Shown here: piece after piece, positions 40,112 to 50,600 of the stretch
Position numbering within the stretch: the first letter of the stretch is position 1
How the letters are laid out: every line of letters begins with the position of its first letter
Origin: Euglena gracilis
Taxonomy: Eukaryota
Length of the DNA stretch: 61,322 bases
Assembly: GCA_039621445.1 (NCBI GenBank)
Contig: CP154954.1
Coordinates: 2,976,001 to 3,037,322 of the forward strand
Direction: 5' to 3'
Position numbers and translations under genes: made by a program
The notes under the pieces: generated by a model
What the model was told of the DNA's origin: nothing
Database searches by the model: none
Seen by the model: the letters and a program-made list of their open reading frames with translations, nothing else

Positions 40112-40418
40112 TGCACTGGGCGCCTGGCCACCAGCGGGACGTAGCACAGCACCCTCTCCACGGAAGGGCACTTTGGGTACTCCGGGATGGCCACCAGGGT
40201 CGTCTGCACGATGGCCACGATGGCTAGGCGGTGCAGTCCTGGGTGCGGACAGGTTCGAAAGGGTGGAGCGCACCTGGTGCTTCTGCACTGGGCGCCTGGC
40301 CACCAGCGGGACGTAGCACAGCACCCTCTCCATGGAAGGGCACTTTGGGTACTCCGGGATGGCCAGTGCAGTCCTGGGTGCGGACAGGTTCGAAAGGGTG
40401 GAGCGCATCTGGTGCTTC
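40112..40418. repeat. Tandem duplication (172-bp unit; second copy lacks ~37 nt)
   Basis: tgcactgggcgcc... starts at both 40112 and 40284. Confidence 0.9.
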
Positions 40419-40692
40419 CAAAAGTTGTCGTACCACAGCACGCAGACTTTCCCCGCCTCTGCTGCCGCAGTTCCACCCGACACCCGTCCGCTCGCTCCTC
40501 GTGACCACTGATTTCAGTCGGGTTCAGTCAGGTGAATGCCGCCGGGACTCGGGCGTCTGCTGAATGACTCCTTCATCTGCATTGGACGTCCTCAGGGGCC
40601 ACGATGGGCTGTTGCGCCATACAGGTTGCCAGCACAAAAAACATACCCCCCAAAAGCAAATTCCCCTTTCCATTTTGTCCCCAGTTGCTCTC

Positions 40693-41873
40693 ATGCCCCC
40701 AAAAATGAGCACTGCCGACAGAGCGGCTTTAAGCAAGCGCGTGGAGACGTATCTCTCTTTTGTTCCACCCTGGTCGCTCAATAAGATTGCAAATCATGAG
40801 AAAATATCCAAAGCTACAGTGCAAGGTATATACCCAGCTTGTACACAATTCACACCAGCCACTTATCCCAGGTATGGCATCCAGATTCAAAGAACGCGGC
40901 ACGCTTGATCGCAAAGTTGGATCGGGATCCAATCAGCAAAAGGCAAAGAAATATTCAGAACGGTGTGCGACGTTTGCAATAAATTATATTCCATTCCTTA
41001 ATTCCCACAGGTTTCGAAGAGGTGTATTAAAAGTGGCAATGAAAAACCCTTTTTTGGAGTTGCAAACAAATCGCCGACGAGCATTTCCTCCGAGTTAGCA
41101 CCGCATTGTTAGCCCGTCCAGCAGGGGCAGTGGTTAAGGCGTGTTTGTCAATCGTTATGCATATGCTTTTTTTGTGTGAATTTCAGATACCGCCAAAACC
41201 ATCTCCAGAATTCATCCGTACAATTCTACGGAAGGCGGGCTTGTGCTGCCAAACCGCAGCAAGGAAGCCATTACTGTCCTCGGTGAACAGTTTGGGTTTG
41301 GTAACAATTCTTTCCCCTAGCAAAAAGGGGGCACGGGGTGCCAGCCCGTGGTTTCCCTGGAGACCAGAGATCTCAGGCCTAACCACCCCTGCTCTTCCCC
41401 TGACAGGGTTCTCCGGCTAGCCTCCGCCACCGGCCCCCCCCCCCAAACCACATGGCCGCGCCGTTCAGCCTCATGCAGCAGCTCCCCGGTAAGTCCGAAT
41501 GGGGTTAAGGTCTGGCGACTGTGGTGGCCAAACCCCTCCGTTGAAGCGCAGCACTCGCTTCCACCTCATCCACGCTGTGGTACTCTCTCCGCGCACGGTG
41601 GGGAGAAGCCCCGTCCTGCTGGAAGCGGTAGCCCGCAGTCCTGCACAATGGATTGTGAATATGTCGAATATTGGCGTGCAAACACCAGGCGTTTCCGCCA
41701 TGGTGCTGCACAAGTTGCGTGGGCATGTGTTTGCGGGCAAAGACCATTTGTGGTCGGCTCTGCAAGCTGCCTTCGCAGAAATCTCCCCCGAACAGGTCAA
41801 AGCATTTTATGACAGCATGCCTAACCGCATGCGGGCTGTCATTGCGGCTCGCGGTGGACACACCCGCTACTGA
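40693..41873 (+). pseudogene. Tc1-family (DD34E-type) transposase remnant
   Basis: HTH-like KIANHEKISKATVQG...RFKERGTLDRKVGSG; IRTILRKAG...ARKPLLS; FQQDGASPH and WPPQSPDLNPI (minus strand); C-terminus YDSMPNRMRAVIAARGGHTRY*. Confidence 0.9.
41290..41498 (+). repeat. Conserved module copy 5 (3'-truncated) lying inside the Tc1 transposase
   Basis: Near-identical to ~27132-27340. Confidence 0.85.
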
Positions 41874-44104
41874 CCTTCCCATACCCCGCCCTTTTGCATG
41901 ACGGTTGCATTCGCGGCAAATCCAGCGCTTGATTGGCCGCATTGCTGCTTATAGCTTTACTCACCAGATGGGGGTATGTTTTTTGTGCTGTCAGGGGGGG
42001 TATGTTTTTTGTGTTGGCAACCTGTAGGGAAGTCGCGGTGGCGCACTGTACGGTACAGGACCTAGGCATCCCGCAGCAGCAACTCTGTCCAGTGGAGTCG
42101 CAGCTGCCATCACAACTCCACCAGCAGGTACTCCAAGCAGGCGCCGTCGGTAATCAGCAGGACCCGGGTGTGGGCATCTGGATGATTAAGTTCAGTAGGG
42201 GTCATCTGGGCATTGGCCACAAACACCTCATAGCCCTCCACGAAGTGGTCCTGGACGCATCTGCCCAGGATCTTCCCCATTTTGGCAGAGGCAGGCATAG
42301 TCCGCATACTGCGATGGTGGGACCGACTGCTTTGCGACATCATTACAGAATTTGCAGTGCCCAAACAAAAAAAGGTTCAGTGTGTTAGTTTAACAATTGT
42401 ACATTCGTCTTGGAATGTTTGTACTATGTTTTTTTGTGAAATTGTGCAAAGGAACATGGATTTTGTCGCATCAGAGAATTTTTGCCGGCACAACAGAATA
42501 AGAGCGTTCGACTTGGCACCATCTCAGCTTAATTTGCATAACGGGACAATTACTCTGGATGCGTGGAAAAAAATCTGCTCGTTACAACCCCAAAGAATGA
42601 TTTTAACAACAGAAGCTCGAGCATTTTCTGTTGACAGAACAGTGGTGGAGTACACGTGCCAGGTTTCAAAGGGTGCCGGATGGTTTGCCGTCAAAATTGG
42701 ACGTGGCACCAGGTGAGTCGTGCAGCATTTCCGCAGTGGTTCAGTTGCAAATGAATAGTCAGTCTGTTCAACCCGGCTTTTAGCGGAAGAAGAAACCCGT
42801 CGCTGTTCTGATCACATCCCGTAATTGTGAGGCCAATCAAACAGAAAGTTGTTTTTTTCTTGCTCTTCATCCACACACTATGCATGAGCTCTTTTGATCC
42901 TCCTGCAACAGACACAGAATCCATGCCAGTGTAAGGTCCAAATCGTGACACCGTCAAAATCGCCCACCTCCTGCCATGGCTCCCAGCCCCCTGGAGGTCA
43001 TACCACCTAGCCAATTTTATTGCAGAACTACTTAACCCAGGCGCTGTCGGAGCAGCAGTATAATGTAGACATATCAAAATACCTGACCTTGCTTGAGTTG
43101 GGATGGCGTCAACTTCTGCCTCAACGCTGGTGTGTCGGCGTCTATTTTCTGTTGCTGTGTTGTGTATTGCCTCTTCACTGACGAATGACCCTTCCAAGAT
43201 TTTTGAAGGAAGCTTGCACCACCGGTACAGGTAAGCGCTTTTTTTTTATTACAGGACGAACCCCCCCCCTCCCCCAGAGTTGGTAAACTGAAGCCTGCTA
43301 GGCATCCCCTCCCCCAGAGTTTGGTAAAAAGAAGCTTGGAATTATTTCCCATCTTTCCCCCTAATTTTTCCCTGTGGGGATGTAGCTTACGCCTGGTCCA
43401 GTGGAGAGCTGCTGTGCAATGTCCAACCCCTCTCCGACGCGCGGCTCATTCACATGCATGCCTGTCATGGCCCTGTTATATGTTTTCTCTCCCAGAGAAC
43501 AGAGTGCGATTGGTGGGCAACCTAGCATGCCTTTTGAGCGCTCCTTCCTTGCAACCAGACCTGACTTGGAAATGGGGGTGGCGGTGGTGGTCTGATTAGC
43601 GGCGGTTTGCAGAGGTTGGAAAAAAATGTTCGTGAGGTTTCTTTTCCAACCCATTCTGGGTGGAAGGTGTAAAGTTGGAGCAAGGGCATGATGCAGAATT
43701 TCCAAAGTTTTGGAGCTTGGTTGCAGAAAGACGTTTCCAGAAATGGGTCGAAGAATTGGCCGTCACCCCCCTCTCAGTAAGCTGTCATGACCGAGAACCT
43801 GTCAGCAGCCCACCAACGAAACTGCCAGGTCCCCAGATACTGGCCAACATGTCGAGGTTAAAATTCAATGAAGTTCCTTTGAAAGACCCTGAGGTTGGAA
43901 TCCCCCCAGGGAGCCTGTTCTCTTCCCTCCATATTCGCCAACCTGTCTTCATTGGGGGCACCTGTCCTCCTCTCTCCCCGCATCTTGTCTCCCAACGATT
44001 GTTTGAAATTTTTCACTTTTTTCTTGAAGAAGCAGATTCCTGAGTTTTTTGTTTTTTGGTTGTCTTGTGGTTTTTGATTTATTTTCTTTTTTTGTTTGTT
44101 TATG

Positions 44105-44135
<31 letters not shown>

Positions 44136-45065
44136 TTTTTTATTTTTATTTCTGGAGAAGCAGATCCTGAGTTGAAAAAAACATTCGAACATTGCTTTCA
44201 AGCTTATCCCAAACTTGCGAAAAATTGTGTTGTCGGATTTTCTGTCTGCCGGCGGTCGAATTTTTTTTGACTTTTTTCCCTGTCACCCAGCCCCACCCCC
44301 CCTCTTCGTACTTGCTGGCCTGCCTCCTACATCGGTGCTTGCTGATTTGTCTGGGGACAGTTTCCGGAGTGGGGAGGCTGGGTAAAGATGGAACCAAGGG
44401 GCAGGAAAGGATGGTGGGATATCCTCTCCCAACGCTTTCCAGCTTGCTGAGGCTTCCTCAGGCTGTCTGCGAGGTGACCCACCCCAGAGTGTATTTTCCC
44501 AACGGGTTATTTTCATGTGAGGGAGGTGGCTGACCGATGTGATGCTTTTTTTTTAAAATCTCTGAGCGACTGACTCGTTCGTCACCCTCTCTCATGCTGA
44601 AGTGGTGGCTTCTGTCTGCAGGAATTTTTTTTATCCCATTGTTCTTTCCCCTGTGCTGAAGTGGTGGTTTCTGTTTTGGCGAATTTTTTTTATCCATTGT
44701 TTTCGTTCGAACTGAAAATGTCAGGACATTGACGTGAGGCAGAAAAATGACTGCTGAAAATCTGGACAACTAGATGTTCCTCCAGCCAAATTTATTATCA
44801 GGCTCGATATTAAGGCGCAACATTCATACACTGGCGCCTTATTGGCCGCATTTCACCCGTATTTTGGCGTGTCAAGTTCAAGGGGGAGAAGCTGCAACCG
44901 AGGGGGGGGGTGCCTCCCTGGACAGCACCCAGAACTCCGCTCCCCACCCCTTGGTTTGTGAGAATCAGGCTCCTGGGCACCACATTAGGCACACTGACGG
45001 GTTTGCTACAGCACCACTCAGAAAATGTGCACATTTTGGCACTGAACTTCCAACTTCCTCCAGGT

Positions 45066-45330
45066 CAGGGGTTTTTTTTAGTCGTGGACCCCCGGGTGTG
45101 GGTAGGGTGGGTGGGTCCGGCTGAGACCCCCCCCCCCCTCCCCGGGCCCCTAGGGGGGAGTGGGATATACTTTTCGGTGCCGAAGGCGCCGAGAGTTTTT
45201 GAAAAGGTGCTATTTTTGGAATTTCCCGCGATTTTTGAGTGGCTCCGGAACCCCCCCCCCCCCCCGGGTGGCCCCGGGGGTGGGTGGCGCGGGGGGTCCC
45301 CCCTCCCCCCCGGTCTTAAAAAAACCTCTG
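45066..45330. mobile_element. hAT-like MITE, CAG...CTG ends, 8-bp TSD
   Basis: TIRs caggggttttttt / aaaaaaacctctg; perfect TSD ctccaggt at 45058-45065 and 45331-45338. Confidence 0.9.
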
Positions 45331-47035
45331 CTCCAGGTTCATTGGCCCAGTTCGGATTGCCCGGCACCCAACCCCCCCCCCCCCCCCAAACCCGGGTCAA
45401 GCACCTCCCTGCCCTACGGTGTGGAGCCTGCCCTGCGCAGCCAAACCCAGGCTTCAGTGGCCTGGTTAGGATTAACTGGCGCGGGGTTCCTGCCTAGCGG
45501 ACACTTCGCAGCCCTCTCGCCTGCAGTCACCACACACACAGTCGCACCGTTTGGCCCCTTGGCCAATTTTGACTCGGTCAACTCACACCACAGGCAGAGA
45601 GAGAAGATGCCAGGGTTGCTTCGCTGGATTGCAAAATGCTGTTTCCTGGTCCGAAATTCCCCCCCTTGTGTGAATGGCACCCGCGGTGGTTTCAATACTT
45701 TTGCTGCACCAACTGTCCCCTTGTGGACTGGAGAGTCACAGGGGTGAGGCTGGACGGGGAAAGGAATGACGTTTTGTTGTCTGCTTTAATTCTTCAGATA
45801 TGAAATATTTGATTCTGGACGATGTATTGTAATGAATGGACGATGCATTCTCTGATGAAACTCTGAACAATGTATTTTGAAAAGTGGTGTCACCATTATT
45901 TCGGCGAAAATCAAAATTCTTTTCCAGATGTTCACCCAAAGAAACATCAGCCATCCGTTCTGAAGTCTTTCCCCAACTCTTCAGCAATTTTGAAAAAGGT
46001 TTTGCTAATACTTGTGATGTTCAATTTCTACGTTCGTGCGCTGTTCTTTTTTTTGCCTCCATACAGGCGGACCAGCATGCAACCTACAGTTGGCATGCCG
46101 GGGTGGGCAGGACCACCACTGAACACTGCTCAAGCAGAAGCATTGCTCGCTTCAATCAGAAACGATTCCTCCGAATGTCCTCAGGATTAAGTCACCAGTT
46201 TTTTTGGAGGAGGCTAATTCTTTTTCGCACCGACCTACCCCCATGCTTTTTTAAGTTTTCTGGTGATGTGATTTATTTGTAATTGGAAAAGTAATTTTTC
46301 CTTCTTGGTGATGATGTGAAACGAAGAGAATCGTTTTTCAACTGCGTAATAGCACAGGGATCCTTCCACTTCCTGAAAAGGAAATTAATTGAAATTCATG
46401 GAGGATCACGGAAAAAGGCGGGAGACCATTTTTACAGCAATCGCAAAAATTCACGGATATTCACGGATGAGGCAGAGGGATATGATTTGATATGGAATAT
46501 GATTTTTGACTTTTTAAAAAAAATAAAAAAAGGAAATTCACGGAAAATCACTGAAAATCACGGATACATTTTGGCCTCGGCCAGCACGGAAACAGGAGAA
46601 ACCCTGAAAGGCAATGCACAGGCACCGGGGTGGCAAATTGCAAATTTTGCATATGAATATGAGACAAGCCAACCCTGTGCTGCCACTGTGCCAACCCATG
46701 TGGTTCTGTCTCTCTTGCCCTCCCCCAGTATTGGCTTTTTTTTGACCCATTAGCACCCCGCCCTGTGCCACGCGTGGCCTGTCCACCGTGCCAGGACAGC
46801 CCGTCTTGCTGAGAACCCCAGCCACTCCTCGAATCCGCAGGGGAAATTTCCCTTTCCGGGGATTCTGGGCAGCAATGTTGGCTCCCTTCTGCGATTATTT
46901 GCCATTGGCCTCTCCCCAGCCGATGGACAGTGTGGGCCACACGTGTTATTTCACACCAATGTGAATCAGGGCACCACTATGTCGACACGGTAGTCAGGCC
47001 ACCGCAGCAAAGTCAGGCATTTAGTATCGGTAGTA

Positions 47036-47445
47036 CCCCCCCCCCCCTAGTCGTACGACCACCCCTCATTTATGACCACCCCCCGGTCACAGGTTGCAGG
47101 TCATGGGGGTGTTATGACCACCCCCCCCGGTCACAGGTTGCAGGTTGCGAAAAATTTAACCCCCAAAAATAAGTCCCCCCCCTGGCCGGTCCGAGCAAAA
47201 ATCCATGAAATGGACCCCCCCAAAATAAGGTCCCCCCTGCCGGCGCGAAGCGCCGGATTTTTGAAAAATGGGACATTTTGGGGGGGGTAAATCTGCCATT
47301 TTGCGACAGTTTTCACACACTTCTACGACCGCCCCCTCATCTATGACCACCCCCCGGTCACAGGTTGCAGGTTATGGGGGTGTTATGACCACCCCCCCCG
47401 GTCACAGGCTGCAGGAACCCGGTCATACGACTAGGGGGGGGGGGG
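47036..47445. mobile_element. TA-flanked MITE with long TIR and tatgaccacc...ggtcacagg subrepeats
   Basis: ta|(C tract)-tagtcgtacgacc ... ggtcatacgacta-(G tract)|ta. Confidence 0.85.
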
Positions 47446-47682
47446 TAGTAGGGCCTTGACATACCTTGGGTTTGTGTCCGTCGCAAATTGAAGGGGGGGT
47501 ATGCCTCTTCAGAATTGTGCAAAATCAGCAGGTCAGTTTTTTTTGGGAGGAAAGGAGAAGGTGGATCGGTCGTCCACTCCACCAGGCAGGTGCTGATAGT
47601 GTCCGTGGAAAAATTAATGTGAGGTTGTTTCTGGGGACCTCCGCAACTCCTCGGGGACATTGACCCCCCCAATGAATTGTCA

Positions 47683-50600
47683 GAATCCTTTGGACTTTGG
47701 GTCATTTTCCGGTCAAAAAAGTCAAAAAAAATCGAAATTTTTTTTACCCAAAACCACGTGTTTTTGCCTCCCAGACCCAGGAAAGGGTGTTTTTGACCCG
47801 AAAATGAGTGTTTTTCAACCCCGTCCCCGGCCTGGGTTGGGCCGCCGAGCCGCCGGCCGGGCCGGGCCGGGCCGGGCCGGGCCGGGCCAGGGTGGTCTCC
47901 CAAAGAGCTCAGCTCTACGTCACACCCTGGCCGCTGAGCTCTTATCTCTTTAGAGTAAGAGCGAAGTTTACCACCGGGGCCGGAGGGGGGGGGTCCGACC
48001 CCCCCCCCGCCCCCCCCCCCCCCGCCCCCCCCCCCCCTCCCTGGGTAGGCAAGACCCCCGAGGATTATCGATGTGATTGGATTTCCTGGCCCCCAAAGTG
48101 AATAGCCAATAGGTTAGGGGACGATCCCTAGTTTCTCCAGAGCCTTTGGGTTACCCCAACTCCACGCCAGTCCGGAGATATGCCCGAGCAAAAAAGTTGT
48201 CTACCGTCTTTTTTTTCTGGGGAAATTGCAGGGTCATTTTTGGGTCAAAAACAGTTTTTCCGGGTCTGGGAGGCAAAAACACGTGGTTTTGGGCAAAAAA
48301 GGTTTTTTCGATTTTTCCCAACTTTTTTTGGCCCAGTTTTGACCCAAAGTCAATGGGTTGGCGGCCCAAAACGGGGCGCTGGAGGGTCGAAAAACACTCA
48401 TTTTTGGCTCGAAAACACTTTTTTCGGATCCGAGAGGTCAAAAAACATGGTTTTGGGCAATTTTTTTTTTCGAATTTTTCCGACTTTTTGACCCAAAAAT
48501 GGCTAAATGCACCACCGGCCAGCGGGGCGGCCCCAGCCCGGGGGGGGGGGGGCATGGGGGGGGCAGTCCGGGTCGGAATTTTTTTTGCTCAAACACACTT
48601 TTTTTGATGTTGTGAAGTGAAAAAAAGTGTTTTTGAGCAAAAATTTTTTTTAAAATTTTAGGTCCCGACCTGCCTCCCGACCTCCCAAGCCCATCCGCCC
48701 TCGGACCCCCCGCAGGGGTCCCCGAATACCCAAAAATGGCCCAAAATCGCACAACCAGACCCCGGGAACCTCAAAAAACGGTTAAACCCCCCCCCCTAAA
48801 CCTCAGGATTGACCCCCTGGTTTGGGTCCCAACTCCTCGTCCAGTCCGAGATAAGCCAATTTACGGTTTCGGGCCCCGAACGGGCCCGAAATGGCCAAAA
48901 CTGGCAAAACTGGCCCAAAACCACAAAACGGGCGTAACTCGGGCTAGGCGAGGAGTTGGCCCAAACCGTGCATACCGTTCGAACGGGCGTCCCAAAGTTG
49001 TGGAATGAGTTCCTCTTTATTTTATCTCAACTCCGCGTCTTCGAGATATTTTGAATTTTTCGATTTTTTTGACCCCAAAATGACCCTGAAATTTTCCTTT
49101 TTTGACATGAAAATGATGCAACGTCCATTGGTTTCGGGCCCAAAACGGAGGCCGGGGGTCCAAAAACGCTCATTTTCGGCTCGAAAACACTTTTTTCGGG
49201 TCCAGGAGGTCAAAAAACATGGTTTTGGGCAAAAATTTTTTTCGAATTTTTTCGACTTTTTGACCCAAAAATGGCTACGTCCACCGGCCGGGGGGGGGGG
49301 GCGCAGCCGGGGGGGGGGGCCGGGTCAGTTTAATTTTTTTGGCTCAAAAACACTTTTTTTGATGTTCTAAAGTGAAAAAAAGTGTTTTTGAGCGAAAAAA
49401 AAATTTCAAAATTTTGGGTCCCAACCTGCCTGCCAACCCCCCCTCGCCCAGCCGCCTTCCAACCCACCCCCCCCCCCGCAGGGGTCCCCGGGTACCCAAA
49501 ACTGGCCCAAAATTGCACAACCAGACCCCGGGAACCTCAAAAAACGGTCAACCCCCCCCCCAAACCTCATGATTGACCCCCTGGTTTGGGTCCCAACTCC
49601 TCGTCTAGCCCGAGATACGGCCAATTTACGGTTTCGGGCCTGGAACAGGCCCGAAATGGCCAAAACTGGCAAAACTGGCCCAAAACCACAAACGACCGTA
49701 TCTCGGGCTAGGCGAGGAGTTGGCCCAAACCGCGCATACCGATCGATCGGGCGTTGTGGAAGGCGGTCCTCTTTACTTTTTTTCAACTCCGCAGCGTTTT
49801 CGAGACATTTTGAATTTTTCGATTTTTTGACCCCAAAATGACCTGCAATCCCCACTTAACCGTTTTCGGCCAAAAAAAGTCGAAAAAAATCGAAAGTTTT
49901 TTTTCGCCCAAAACCATGTTTTTTTGGCCTCCCGGACCCGGAAAAACTGTTTTTGAGCCAAAAAATGAGCGTTTTTTGACCCGCCAGCCCCGGTTTGGGC
50001 CCAAATCTTAAGGACTTTGGGTCAAAACCGGGTCAAAAAGGTCGAAAAAAATCAAAAATTTTTTTGCCCGAAATGATGTTTTTTGGCCTCCCGGACCCAG
50101 AAAAAGTGTTTTGAGCCGAAAATGAGCGCCACTCGACCCGCCAGCACCCCGTTTTTGGCCCGAATCCTTTGGACTTTGGGTCATTTTCCGGTCAAAAAAG
50201 TCAAAAAAAATCGAAATTTTTTTTTACCCAAAACCACGTGTTTTTGCCTCCCAGACCCAGGAAAGGGTGTTTTTGACCCGAAAATGAGTGTTTTTCAACC
50301 CCGTATCCGGCCTGGGTTGGGCCGCCGAGCCGCTGGCCGGGCCGGGCCGGGCCGGGCCGGGCCAGGGTGGTCTCCCAAAGAGCTCAGCTCTACGTCACAC
50401 CCTGGCCGCTGAGCTCTTATCTCTTTAGAGTAAGAGCGAAGCTTACCACCGGGGCCGGAGGGGGGGGTCCGACCCCCCCCGCCCCCCCCCCCCCGCCCCC
50501 CGCCCCCCCCTCCCTGGGTAGGCAAGACCCCCGAGGATTATCGATGTGATTGGATTTCCTGGCCCCCAAAGTGAATAGCCAATAGGTTAGGGGACGATCC

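Larger units (their letters stand above)
40622..42024 (+). mobile_element. Tc1-like DNA transposon with ~30-bp TIRs and TA TSD, rearranged
   Basis: ta|caggttgccagcacaaaaaacatacccccc ... ggggggtatgttttttgtgttggcaacctg|ta; extra internal repeat of the TIR core at ~41971-41990; transposase motifs inside. Confidence 0.92.

Noticed and set aside
42691-43197. 168-aa minus-strand ORF
   Set aside because: No recognisable motif or supporting homolog in the window.
47891-47975. Hammerhead ribozyme (CTGA...GAA around a hairpin)
   Set aside because: Lacks the CUGANGA core and the GAAA/UH arrangement on either strand.
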